From: Dendrobates tinctorius
Taxonomy: Eukaryota
Length of the DNA stretch: 64,000 bases
Direction: 5' to 3'
Assembly (NCBI RefSeq): GCF_039654945.1
Contig: NW_027361733.1
Coordinates: 23,560,001-23,624,000 of the forward strand
The notes under the pieces were generated by a model, which saw only the letters and a program-made list of their open reading frames with translations, was not told where the DNA came from and ran no database searches. Position numbers and translations under genes: made by a program. Shown in pieces: positions 26,981 to 39,791 of this stretch. The stretch's first letter is position 1. Every line of letters starts with the position of its first letter.

Positions 26981-27899
26981 TATGCACATGCCAATTCTTA
27001 GTTATTTGATCCCATAAATTTATTTTATGCCTATATTTTTTCTTACTCCGCTAACTTAGACTATTTAGTGCTGATGCATTACACACAAATTGGATTACAA
27101 AAATATTTCAACACCGGTTGTAATGGAGCAAAATACATAAAAAGCCAAGGGGGTGAATATTTTGCAAGACACTGCATGTAGTAAGGCCGCAAAATTATAT
27201 GACACGTTGTTGAGGAGCCAATTAGATTTTGGGGTTCAGGAGCAGTGATGCCTTTGTACGTGGTAATCATAGTGGGAGCTGTCACCCAGCTTTCCCTGGC
27301 ACCTGCATGTCAGATCTGCACAGTAGACCAGTTATACAGTTTCCATTTTTCCCTTGCTCTTTAAAAGGAGCAGTGAACTTTATGGAAAAGCAAAAGATCA
27401 AAGACCCAGCATGAAGCGCTTTCACATTCCTAGCAGAGAGTTAACCCGCAGCATGCCACAGCGCTGCCCTAACCTACATTATACAGTAGAGCTGCATGTA
27501 CCAGATGGAGGGCCCGAGAGCGACGCAGGGGAAGACATCCGAGCCAAAACTGAGTCACTTTATTCATTAGATGGAAGGACTTGGCGGCCACCCACGTTTC
27601 ATGCTGACAGTCACAATGTACAAACTGCTCATTGTGGATACTGATATACTCACCACTGTACATATAATACGGGCAACACTCCGTATACAGTCACATGCTG
27701 TGTGATACGTGCGCAAATGTGTCATCACACCAAACTTACGAATGCGGCATGTGGTGTGTTGTAAAGAATTTCCCAATGATGTAGCACTGTAGTAGAGTAT
27801 TTCAGGAAATGAGACATTAACCTGTCCACTTATGTCATACTAGTACAGGGGTGGACGTGACCGAAACTGCGTTATTCACACAAGTGTCAGTCCATCATT

Positions 27900-30800
27900 A
27901 GCCTGTAACCTGTCAGCATCTTATTCTGTACCCCAAGAATAAATGTGTCATTATCCTGTAACTCTAAATGTCAGTGTGTCATCCTGTACCCCAAGTATAA
28001 ATGTGTCATTATCCTGTACCCTGTGTCAGTATGCCATTTTCTACCCCAAGAATAAATGTGTCATTATCCAGTACCCAGTGTCACAGTCATTATCCGGTAC
28101 CCCAAGTGTCAGTGTCATCATCCTGTAACCCAAGTGTCAGTGTCATTGTCCTGTACCACAAGAGTCAGTGTGTCATCCTGTACCCCAAGTATAAATGTGT
28201 CATTATCCTGTACCCCAAGTGTCATTGTCCTATACCCAAGTGTCAATTTCATCGTCCTTTCACCCTAATGTAGGTGTTATTATCCTGCGCTCTGACATCA
28301 AGTGGCAGTGTGTCCTTGTCCTGTACCCCAAATGTCAAGTATCATTGTCCTGTATCACAACTATCAGGGTGTCATTGTCCTGTACCCCAGGTGTCAGTGT
28401 GTCACTATATTGTACCCCAGGTGTCAGTGTGTCCTTGTCCTGTACCACGAATGTCGATATATTTTGGGCTTCCTCCTCTGACATTAGCAGTGGATCTTAT
28501 TGCATGTTCCAGTCACATCTATTCCCGCTGCTCGGGTTGTGAAGTTCTCATCTGTATCTCGCTGCTGCGGGCATCCTTTTAGAGTAGAAGACATGATCAG
28601 AAGCAGTTACCGGAGGGGACATCTTTCCCGCAGATCATCTTGGGAATTTCAGGCGAGCGCAGTTATTGCCTTTAATACGTCTTGCACCAGGATGAATTCA
28701 TCTACAGTTAGATGTTATGTATGGAGATATTCGCTGGCTCAGCCCAGAAGCTTTCACTACTGCTGACATGACACACTGCAGCCAGGTTCTTCTAATGCAA
28801 GGTCTTATCCAGTCTTCCTTGAGATCCACGTTTACAGAGAAGGACATTTTTGGAGTTTTCATAAGTCAAGTAGCGAACCTTGTGGTAAGGTTAAGAATCC
28901 AGTGTTACTTTATGTGTGAGGAGGCGAGAGTGGCGCCAGCTGCTCCGCCATTCTGTGTATTATTCATGAATGCACTCCCATACTTTCTATTAATTTTAAT
29001 GCTGCACATACATTAACCATATAAATGCTGCATACTCTGCGGTGTTACACAGTAATACAATGGGCACCAGTCGTGGCACTGTTCTTACTAACACAAATAT
29101 CTGCATCAGTAGAAGGAGGCATGGCTACAAGTGTCTCACTTAGGAAATTTTGACTCTGTGTCATTGTCCTCTACCCCAAGTGCCAGTGTCATCATCCTGT
29201 ACCACAAGTGCCAGTGTCATGTACCCCAAGTCTCAGTATGTCTCTGTCCTGTACCCCAAGGGCCAGTGTCATTGTCATGTACCCCAAGTCTCAGTATGTC
29301 TCTGTCCTGTACCCCAAGTGTCAGTGTCACTGTCCTGTACCCCAAGTGCCAGTGTCACTGTCCTGTACCCCAAGTCTCAGTATGTCTCTGTCCTGTACCC
29401 CAAGTATCAGTGTAATTGTCCTTTTGTCCTGTACCCTAAGGGCCAGTGACATTGTCATGTACCCCAAGTCTCAATATGTCTCTGTCCTGTACCCCAAGTG
29501 GCAATGTCATTGTCCTGTACCCCAAGTCTCAGTATGTCTCTCTCTGTCCTGTACCCCAATTGTCAGTGTTACTGTCCTGTACCCCAAGTGCCAGTGTGAT
29601 TGTCCTGTAGCCCAAGTCTCAGTATGTCTCTGTCCTGTACCCCAAATGTCAGTGTTACTGTCCTGTACCCCAAGTGCCAGTGTCATTGTCCTGTACCCCA
29701 AGTCTCAGTATGTCTCTGTCCTGTACCCCAAGTGCCAGTGTTACTGTCCTGTACCGCGAGTCTCAGTATGTCACTGTCCTGTACCCCAAGTATCAGTGTC
29801 ATTGTCCTGTACCCCAAGTATCAGTGTCATTGTCCTGTACCCCAAGTCTCAGTATGTCTCTGTCCTGTACCCCAAGTCTCAGTGTCACTGTCCTGTACCC
29901 CAAGTGCCAGTGTCATTGTCCTGTACCCCAAGTCTCAGTATGTCTCTGTCCTGTACCCCAAGTGTCAATGTTACTGTCCTGTACCCCAAGTGCCAGTGTC
30001 ATTGTCCTGTACCCCAAGTCTCAGTATGTCTGTCCTGTACCCCAAGTATCAGTGTCACTGTCCTGTACCCCAAGTGTCAGTGTAATTGTCCTATTGTCCT
30101 GTACCCCAAGTATCAGTGTCATTGTCCTGTACCCCAAGTCTCAGTATGTCTCTTTCCTGTACCCCAAGTGTCAGTGTGTCATTATCCTATACCCCAAGTG
30201 CCAGAGTTATTATCCTGTACCCCAAGTGTCAGGCTACAGGACAGTGACACACAAAGTATCAGTGACATTGTCCTGTTTCCCAAGTGTTAATTCTGTACCC
30301 CAAGTGTCAGTGTTATTGTGCTATTATAACCCAAGTGCCAGTGTTATTGTCCTGTACCCCAAATGCCAGTGTCATCATTCTGTACCCCAAGTGCCAGTGT
30401 CATCATCCTGTCCCACAAGTGCCAGTATCTGTCCTGTACCTCAAGAACCAGTGTCATTGTCCTGTACCCCAAGTGCCAGTGTCATTGTCCTGTACCCAAA
30501 GTCTCAGTATGTCTCTGTCCTGTACCCCAAGTGCCAGTGTCATTGTCCTGTACCCCAAGTCTCAGTATGTCTCTGTCCTGTACCCCAAGTGTCAGTTTTA
30601 ATGTCCTGTACCCCAAGTCTCAGTATGTCTCCGTCCTGTAACCTAAGTGCCAGTGTCATTGTCCTGTACCCCAAATCTCAGTATGTCTCTCTCTGTCCTG
30701 TACCCCAAGTGTCAGTGTTACTGTCCTGTACCCCAAGTGCCAGTGTCATTTTCCTGTACCCCAAGTGTCAGTGTTACTGTCCTGTACCCCAAGTCTCAGT

Positions 30801-31712
30801 ATGTCTCTGTCCTGTACCCCAAGTGTCAGTGTTACTGTCCTGTACCCCAAGTGCCAGTGTCATTGTCCTGTACCCCAAGTGTATGTCTCTGTCCTGTACC
30901 CCAAGTGTCAGTGTTACTGTCCTGTACCCCAAGTGCCATTGTCATTGTTCTGTACCCCGAGTCTCAGTATGTCTCTGTCATGTACCCCAAGTGTCGGTGT
31001 TATTGTCCTGTACCCCAAGTATCAGTGTCATTGTCCTGTACCCCAAGTCTCAGTATGTCTCTGTCCTGTACCCCAAGTATCAGTGTCACTGTCCTGTACC
31101 CCAAGTGCCAGTGTCATTGTCTTGTACCCCAAGTCTCATTATGTCTCTGTCCTGTACCCCAAGTGTCAGTGTTATTGTCCTGTACCCCAAGTATCAGTGT
31201 CATTGTCCTGTACCCCAAGTCTCAGTATGTCTCTGTCCTGTACCCCAAGTGTCAGTGTCATTGTCCTGTACCCCAAGTCTCAGTATGTCTCTGGCCTGTA
31301 CCCGAAGTGCCAGTGTTATTGACCTGTACTCCAAGTATCAGTGTCATTATCTTGTGCCCCAAGTCGCAGCATGTCTCTGTCATGTACCCCAAGTTTTAGT
31401 GTGTCATTATCCTGTACCCTCAGTATCAGTGATAATATCCTGTACCTCAAGTGTCAGTGTTGTTCTGTAACAAGTGTCAGTGTGTCATTATCCTATACCC
31501 CAAGTGCCAGTCATTATCATGTACCCCAAGCGTCAGTGTTATTGTGCTATTATAACCCAAGTGCCAGTGTCATTGTCCTGTACCCCACGTATCAGTGTGT
31601 CATTGTCCTGTACCTTAAGTATCAGTGATAATGTCCTGTTCCCCAAGTGCCAATGTCATTGTTCAGTACTCGCTGTCAGTGTCATTAACCTGTACCCCAA
31701 GTGTCAGTGTAA
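27900..31712 (+). repeat. 28-30-bp minisatellite (tgtcctgtaccccaagtgtcagtgtcat), split by a unique island at ~28455-29135
   Basis: Direct reading; source of the Cys/Val/Pro-rich ORFs 27943-31719. Confidence 0.95.
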
Positions 31713-31948
31713 CAGGTAGAGCGTGAGTATTGTGCTCAAAATGGGGAAGATGGAACTCACTAATTCCAGCAGATCACTCTGCTCCAATGCACCATCAAGA
31801 CTGTGGTCACTTCTTTCTTGGAGACCATGACTCCTTTTAGGTTGGGACCTTGAGTGCTCCACAAGTAGCCATGTGACCCTAGTTTTAGTCTGAAGTTTGC
31901 AGATTATTTATCAGTCATTAGCATTCAGCAAAGACATTTTCATTGAGT

Positions 31949-31954
31949 TTTATT
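31949..31954 (-). terminator. Candidate SOX12 polyadenylation signal
   Basis: AATAAA on minus strand ~1.95 kb after the stop codon, just before the minisatellite. Confidence 0.4.
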
Positions 31955-33911
31955 GTTGTCAGATATGATGGATTCTCCACCTCCATACATTACCCACAGT
32001 CCCTAATCCATCCCACCCTCCCAACACCCTTTCCCAATAATTCTTAACCACCCCACTCCCTATTTTATTCCATTCTATCAGGCCAGACCCCACAGATAAA
32101 GATCTGGAAGGAGTAAAATTTTTTTTTTGTTTTTAACTATTACCAATAAAAAGTCACAAATTGGCTCCGTTCCATGAAAAATCCCCAAATGTGCAAATAG
32201 CATGATCCCCATGGGACATGATGACACTGCATTGTTGGTAACCTCAATCCCTCAGTGCCCCAGCTCTGATGGTTTTCCAACTGCTCAGTGTCTCCGCCCT
32301 GCTGGCATCTCGGGTACACAAGACTTCTTTTGTGAATCTGGTCAGTCCCATCAGATGTCTAGGCTCCGAGTCTTTACAATCAAATATGAATTCCCTGCAA
32401 TAAATCTTGAGTTCCTGAGCGAGTCAAATCTGAGAATTTCACAAGATGCGGGGAGGAGGAGGTGTAAAAAATAAGAAACAGATAACCCTAATCCTCGCAT
32501 TATACCTAAGCCCCCAGCGTTAAAGAATGAGCCCATCCCAAAAATATCTGTATCCTATCGCCCCAAAAAAGGAATATACAGCCCCTTATAAGACATACCC
32601 CTCCCTAAGGAATGCATTTTGGCCCATCTAGAACTGGCGCTCTCTCTTGTGCTACGCCCCTGCCAAAACAAGGGCAAATGCACCTTGGTATATAAATATA
32701 CTGTATATATAGAGGGTGAACGTGCCTGGCACAGTTATTGCACAGTGTGCCAGTGATGACTGCTGCTGGAGGCGCAGCTCAGACATACATTATATATACA
32801 TGCGGTGAAGCAGGCACAGGCAGACGAATGCACATATGTGCAGACACGTGAGAGGATAGATATATATATATATATATATATAGACAGTGCAGAGGCGGAG
32901 ATGAGCGGTATAGTGGTTGGTCACCCCCCTCCTTGCTATATGAGGGGATCTGAGGTCAGTAACATTTCCTGAGAGCTTCTGAGGATAAAAGTGAGACGAT
33001 AGGGAGGGGTTTGTGTGCCAAGAAGGGTCCTGAGGTCTGTGGAAGGTTTCTGAGACCCTGATTTACAGGGAAATTAGTCCTGAGGTCTTGTCCTGAGGTT
33101 TTACATTATACAGAGAGAGAAAGGTGGGGGAAACTGTCCTGAGGAGAATTCAGAGGGGAGTAGATTGATAGATCGATAGATATCAGATACATATGAGATA
33201 GATACAATGGGGAAATAAAGAAAGAAGGGAAAAAAGGAGAAAAAAAAAAGAATAAAGAAGGAAAGAAACAAAGATAGATAATAGATTTTCGATAAATGAT
33301 AGATAGATATGAGATAGATGATAAATAGATAGATAGGTATGCGATAGATAGAGGATATATAGATAGATATGTAATAGATCGATAGATTTGAACACACCAG
33401 TCTGTATGTCCTTACCTGTCTCTTCGCTCTGAGTAATTGTGGCCCCTGTCTGGAGATCAGAAGCAGGGCGAGGCTGGCAGACAGATAGTGGCACACGTGT
33501 GGGGTATGTCTGTCTGCAGACATGCATGGGCACCATGTGTCTGCCCGTCTGTATTACAGGCCTGGAGGTGATGGTAGCACAAGAGAGAGCGCTCAGCTTA
33601 GAATGAAAGATAACTCTTTCGAGGGTCAGCGAGAGAGAGAGTGCCTAGACAGACAGCCAAAAATACAGACAGCAACGTGAGTGAAAGCAGGGAAGCCTGT
33701 CTGTGAGCCAGAAGCTGAAGGAGACAGCCGAGAGCACCCTGAGAACTGTAGACTAAGTGTCTGGAGAGACAGTCAGGACGGAAAGTGCTCAGAGACTGCA
33801 AAGAGTGAAAGTGGTCCATGCGATCACCTTTTCTCGTTGGGATAAGGGGAGGTCAGTTCCACAATATGTTACCTGCTGCCGACGCCTCTCTGTGGGACGT
33901 GGGGTTTGGGA

Positions 33912-34673
33912 TCAGAAGGAGAACACGAGGTCGGACACACTTCCGAGGAGGCCACTCCCAGATATCATCTCCACCACCTCGGGGGTGCAGTGATCGGGAA
34001 ACTCGAAATGGGACCCGCTGCTTGGAAGAAGCTCTCTCTCCGGTGGGACGCAAAGGGACCCCGAACAGAGTCCGGGTAGACTTTCATCAAGGCCATCATC
34101 ATCTTCAACTGGCTCTGGGGAGGAGGGCAGGGAGCGGGCATGGGAGTAGGGGGGCACCTCTGGGCTGCGTGGTGATGACTCCCGATTCTGCGTCTCTTCT
34201 GATTGGTCATCTTTGTGCCCCCCCCACCTGGGATTTTCCTCCCCCCAGTGCATGCTGGATCCCAGATTCACTTCCGACTGGCATGGCGAGGCAGCAGGTT
34301 GGCACCTAGATGTGGTACGGGGCAGCCTGGCGCGTGTTCTGCTCGCCGGATCCCGGGTACGTCGGCGCGGCCTGTATTTGTAGTTGGGATAGTCAGCCAT
34401 GTGTTTGAGCCGCAGACGTTCAGCCTCTCGAACGTACGGGATTTTATCTGTGTCCTCCAGTAACTTCCAGCGTTGGCCAAGGCTGCGAGAGATGTCAGCA
34501 TTGTGCATGTTAGGGCACAGAGACATCAGCTTCCTCCTCTCTATCTGAGACCACACCATGAAGGCATTCATTGGACGTTTGATGTGCCCACTAGGGGTCT
34601 TACACCAGCTGGGCCCCCCAGGAACAGCATCAGGTGTCTTTGGGTTTCCCCCAACAGTTTTATGTTGCACCAT
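33912..34673 (-). CDS. SOX12: SoxC HMG-box transcription factor, intronless CDS, 253 aa
   Basis: MVQ start, [21 protein letters not shown]...[18 protein letters not shown] box, SoxC C-terminal domain [17 protein letters not shown]...SDLVFSF; short length and convergent linkage to TBC1D20 as at human 20p13 favour SOX12 over SOX4/SOX11. Confidence 0.88.
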   Translation of the reverse strand: MVQHKTVGGNPKTPDAVPGGPSWCKTPSGHIKRPMNAFMVWSQIERRKLMSLCPNMHNADISRSLGQRWKLLEDTDKIPYVREAERLRLKHMADYPNYKYRPRRRTRDPASRTRARLPRTTSRCQPAASPCQSEVNLGSSMHWGEENPRWGGHKDDQSEETQNRESSPRSPEVPPYSHARSLPSSPEPVEDDDGLDESLPGLCSGSLCVPPERELLPSSGSHFEFPDHCTPEVVEMISGSGLLGSVSDLVFSF

Positions 34674-35059
34674 CCTGAGATTTGAAGTTAGAAGTTGCTA
34701 CAGAAATGCCATGCTGCTTCTCGCAGACAGTCCAGAAGGTGTTGGCTTAGCAGCAGAAGCGGGCACCGAGGACACGATGCTGGGCACTGAAAGGGTTAGC
34801 AGGACCCGGCTGCCTGCAGGAAGGATGCAGGACAGGTGGCCTTGAAGAACAGGACAGCAATGGACCAAGGTGCAGTGGGAAGATGCTGGCACTGCAGTAG
34901 AAGGTCACGGTGCCAATCAGTGCCCAGGAGTTTCTATATCTGTCTATCACCCCGAGTTCTTCTCTCTTCTCTTCCTTCCTTTGTCTCTGGCTCTGCTCTT
35001 TTCTCTCTCTCTGTCCCAGACGCTGCCTCACTGCCTGTCTCCCCACTTCAGTCTGGGGG

Positions 35060-35170
35060 GGCCGGTGTAAACACAAGTCTGCCTGCAGTGCCCCCCCTCC
35101 CCAACTCTTCTCCTCAGCTCCCATTGGTTGCTGGGCGGGTCTGAGTCTGCACCAGCTCATTAATGGGCAG
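35060..35170 (-). promoter_or_regulatory. Candidate SOX12 proximal promoter
   Basis: CCAAT on minus strand (~35123-35127) next to GGGCGG (~35133), upstream of a purine-rich putative 5' UTR. Confidence 0.45.
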
Positions 35171-36580
35171 AGAACCGAGATCAGCTCAGAAAAAGCTGCT
35201 CAATCCTACTGACTGTGTGTGATGGAGCAGACAGCCATGTGTGACTGGGAAAGGGAAGGGGGGCAGTCAGCACGTGTCACCCCGTGTGTGGGAGAGATGG
35301 GCACCTGCACCCTGGAATAGCTATACAGCGCCATGCATCATCCCAGTCCCATGCCCTCGTGCAGCTCTACGCAGGGAGCAGGAATTCTCCAGAGAGTGCA
35401 AATGCATCTTACACTGTAGGTGCCAGACTGAGACGGGAATAAACTCTACAAACATCTTGTGGTGATGATGACGTTACCCGGGTACGCTCAGGTAGATCAC
35501 ATGCCAGGAGCTCCAAGGACGTCTTCTGGGTCATGTTCATCCCAGGAGATCTGCAGTAGGTAGAAGTGATCAGCCTCTGGCTGTTGGCAGTGACGATTTC
35601 CTTATTTAACCTCCAAAGTCCCAACAGTCTAAATGAATGGAAAATAAAAATAATTAAAAAAAAATATCCAAGCAATCAATATCTTCCCATCCTGGTTACA
35701 GACTGCTATATGTCTGCAGTATTCTTAAAGGGATCTTTCACAGCCGTATAGTGTGCTAGCAGACAATGCCCTTCAGACAACCCCTCAAAATATAAATCAG
35801 GGGGACAGTATTTGCTTTTCATATTAGCCCCTCCAGCAGTGCACTACTATATATACTGCTATATAATGACAGTATTAAAGCTGATATGAAACCTGAACAG
35901 TCACATTTAAATTGGGGCATTTTAACAAGGAACCTGGAAGATGTCAAAAATGCTGCTCTCACCACTAAGATGGGAAAGGTCACTTGCCTGCAACTAAAGA
36001 TGCCGCGGATTGTGACCCAGCTGACTATCTAGTGTGTATGGGGGTCACCTGACTCCCTCTCAAGGAGACAATTCGGACTTCTAGCAAAAGCTGATGAATG
36101 GCAGAGGCCTAATCCCCTCAACTCAATAAAAGCATATGCACCTTCGGCCAATCCGCTGTCCATATGTATGAAGGGGCTAGGAGCAATAGCAATGTAGGAT
36201 GCACAAGGATTGCACAAAGATCCCAGAGGTGTCAGGGAGCAGAGCTCAAATCTTACAGGTACACTTGCACCCAAGTTCATATTTGACAGGACACCACACA
36301 AATGCCACCGTCTAAAAGGTCTCCTCTTACATTGCAACGGTCTTCTGAACAGTGTCCTCATCCATTCCCATTCTCACCATATCTACAATACATATACTGA
36401 CAGTATTGTTCATCTGGGCCCAATAGTGCTAAAGATCCACGGAAAGCAACAAATAATTGAATTAAAAAAAAAAAAAAAAAAAAAAAAAGATCCCCAAGAT
36501 GTTCCCCACTAATGTAATTACATGGGTGGAAATTCGGTGAAGTATAAAAATATGCATTGGGGACAGTATTACAGTAGTTA

Positions 36581-38201
36581 CAATGGGTATGGAAAGTATT
36601 CAGACCCCTTTAAATTTTTTCGCTCTTGGTTTCATTGCAGCCATTTGGTAAATTCAAAAAAGTTCCTTTTTTCCTCATTAATGTACACTCTGCACTCCAT
36701 CTTGACTGAAAAAAAAAACAAATGTAGAAATTTTTGAAAATTTATTAAAGAAAAACTGAAATATCACATGGTCATAAGTATTCAGACCCTTTGCTCAGAC
36801 ACTCATATTTAAGTCACATGCTGTCCATTTCCTTGTGATCCTCCTTGAGATGGTTCTACTCCTTCATTGGAGTCCAGCTGTGTTTAATTAAACTGATAGG
36901 ACTTGATTTGTAAAGGCACACACCTGTCTATATAAGACCTCACAGCTCACAGTGCATGTCAGAACAAATGAGAATCATGAGGTCAAAAGGAACTGGCCAA
37001 GGAGCTCAGAGACAGAAGTGTGGCAAGACACACATCTGGCCAAGGTTACAAAAGAATCTCTGCAGTACTCAAGGTTTCTAAAAGCACAGTGGCCTCCATA
37101 ATCCTTAAATGAAAGAAGTTTGAGACCACCAGAAGTCTTCCTAGACCTGGCCGTCCAGCCAAATTGACCAATCGTGGGAGAAGAGCCTTGGTGAGAGGTA
37201 AGGAAGAACCCCAAGATCACTGTGGCTGAGCTCCACAGATGCAGTAGGGAGATGGGAGAAAGTTCCACAAAGTCAACTATCACTGCAGCCCTCCACTCGT
37301 CAGGACTTTATGGCAGAGAGGCCCGACAGAAGCCTCTCCTCAGTGCTAGACATATGAAAGCCCGCATAGAGTTTGCTAAAAAAACACATGAAGGACCCCC
37401 AGACTATGAGAAATAAGATTCTCTGGTGTGATGAGACGAAGATTGAACTTTTTGGTGATAATTCTAAGCGGTATGTGTGGAGAAAACCTGCACTGCTCAT
37501 CACATCCTCAATACAATCCCAACAGTGAAACATGGTGGTGGCAGCATCATGCTATGGGGGTATTTTTCAGCTGCAGAGACAGGATGACTGGTTGAAGGAA
37601 ACATGAATGCGGCCAAGTACAGAGATATCCTGGATGAAAATCTCTTCCAGAGTGCTCTGGACCTCAGACTTGGCCAAAGGTTCACCTTCCAACAAGACAA
37701 TGACCCTAAGCACACAGCTAAAATAACAAAGAAGTGGCTTCAGAACAACTCTGTGACCATTCTTGACTGGCCCAGCCAGAGCCCTGACCTAAGCCCAATT
37801 GAGCATCTCTGGAGAGACCAGAAAATGGCTGTCCACCAACGTTCACCATCCAACCTGACGGAACTAGAGAGGATCTGCAAGGAAAAAATGGCAGAGGATC
37901 TCCAAATCCAGGTGTGAAATACTTGTTGCATCATTCCCAAGAAGACTCATCGCTGTACTAGCGCAAAATGGTGCTTCTACTCAATACTGAGCAAAGGGTC
38001 TGAATACTTATGACCATGTGATATTTCAGTTTTTCTTTTTTAATAAATTTGCAAAAATTTCTACATTTCTGTTTTTTTCATTCAAGATGCGGTGCAGAGT
38101 GTACATTAATGAGAAAAAAATGGACTTTTTTTTACCAAATGGCTGCAATGAAACAAAAAGTGAAAAATTTAAAGCGGTCTGAGTACTTTCCGTACCCACT
38201 G
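36581..38201 (+). mobile_element. Tc1 element, full length, degenerate transposase (36977-37990)
   Basis: TA|caatgggtatggaaagtattcagacc...ggtctgagtactttccgtacccactg|TA; fragments MRSKELAKELR, WCDETK, QQDNDPKH, SPDLSPIE with stops and frameshifts. Confidence 0.92.
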
Positions 38202-39069
38202 TATATGCTTGTACATAGGGGGCAGTATTATTGTAGTTATATTGTTGTACCTAGGGACAGTATTATAGTAGTTATATTCTTGTACATAGGGGCAGTATTA
38301 CAGTAGATATATTCTTGTACATAGGGGGAATTATTAAGTACCGTAGTTATATTCTTATACATAGGGGGCAGTATTATAGTAGCTATATTCTTGTGCATAG
38401 GGGCAGTATTATAGTAGTTATATTCTTGTATATAGGGAGCAGTATTATAATAGTTATATTCTTGTACATAGGAGGCAGTATTATAGTAGATATATTCTTG
38501 TACATAGGAGCAGTATTATAGTAGTTACATTCTTGTACATAGGGGACAGTATTATAGTAGTTATATTCTTGTACATAGGGAGCAGTATTATTCTAGTTAT
38601 ATTGTTGTACATAGGGACAGTATTATAGTAGTTATATTCTTGTACATAGGGGCAGTATTATAGTAGATATATTCTTGTACATAGGAGCAGTATTATAGTA
38701 GTTACATTCTTGTACATAGGGGACAGTATTATAGTAGTTATATTCTTGTACATAGGGAGCAGTATTATTCTAGTTATATTGATGTACATAGGGACAGTAT
38801 TATAGTAGTTATATTCTTGTACATAGGGGCAGTATTATAGTAGATATATTCTTGTACATAGGGGGAATTATTAAGTACCGTAGTTATATTCTTATACATA
38901 GGGGGCAGTATTATAGTAGTTATATTCTTGTATATAGGGAGCAGTATTCTAGTAGTTATATTCTTGTACATAGGGAGCAGTATTATAATAGTTATATTCT
39001 TGTACATAAGGAGCAGTATTATAGTAGTTATATTCTTGTACATAGGGGGCAGTATCATAGTAGTTATAT
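38202..39069 (-). repeat. 35-36-bp satellite (same family as 4661-13535, opposite strand)
   Basis: (gggcagtattatagtagttatattcttgtacata)n. Confidence 0.95.
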
Positions 39070-39260
39070 CCGCTGCGGATCCGCAGCAGAATCCGCAACG
39101 TGTGCACATCCCCTTATACATCTGGTGTAGGAATCACATCTCCCAGGCAAACCATAGAGGAGCCCAAGATCGCTTTGCCTGAGAGGTTTGCTGGGGGGCA
39201 TTAAGTGTTTTCCATTTTCAGAGAGGCCTGTAAACTGTACTTTAAGTTACGTCCTGTTTA

Positions 39261-39791
39261 GGCTAGTTTCACATTAGCGTTTTTTTGCGCAGCGCATCGG
39301 GCGCATAAAAAACGCAAAGAAAAACGCAAAACAAACGCGCGTTTTTTTAACGTCATGCGCACGCTGATGCGTCAAAAAAACGCAGCGTTGCTTGCGTTTT
39401 ACATGCGTTTTTGCATGTGTTTGCGTTTTTTTATGCACATGCGTTTGTAGGTGTCATTTTTTCCATTGTCTAGAGAACATTCTAGACTTGTTTTACTCGA
39501 AAACGCATGCGCAAAAAAACGCAACCGTGCGCAAGACCATGCGCACGCATGCGTTCCCATAGACTTCAATGTGTTGCTTTTGCGCATTCCGTGCGCAAGC
39601 GTGCGCATGCGTTTTTTTGCCGAGACAGGGCGCACCAAAAAATGCAACATGTTGCATCTGGCGCGCCTGGCGCAAATGACAAAAAACGCATGCGCACGAA
39701 AACGCAAGTGTGCGCAAGACCATGCGCACGTCATGTTAAACATAGGTGCGCACGATGCGCTGCGCACAAAAGCGCAAATGTGAAACCAGCC
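39261..39791. mobile_element. PIF/Harbinger-like MITE inside gag
   Basis: TIR ggctagtttcacatt / aatgtgaaaccagcc; TTA TSD; removal restores gag ...LRPVYSG... Confidence 0.88.

Noticed and set aside
27943-31719. Cys-rich keratin-associated-like ORFs up to 598 aa
   Set aside because: 28-30-bp units shift frame constantly and all three frames give the same peptides
33912-34673. Calling the Sox gene SOX4 or SOX11
   Set aside because: Protein is much shorter than typical SOX4/SOX11 and is linked to TBC1D20; a phylogeny would still be needed to exclude them fully
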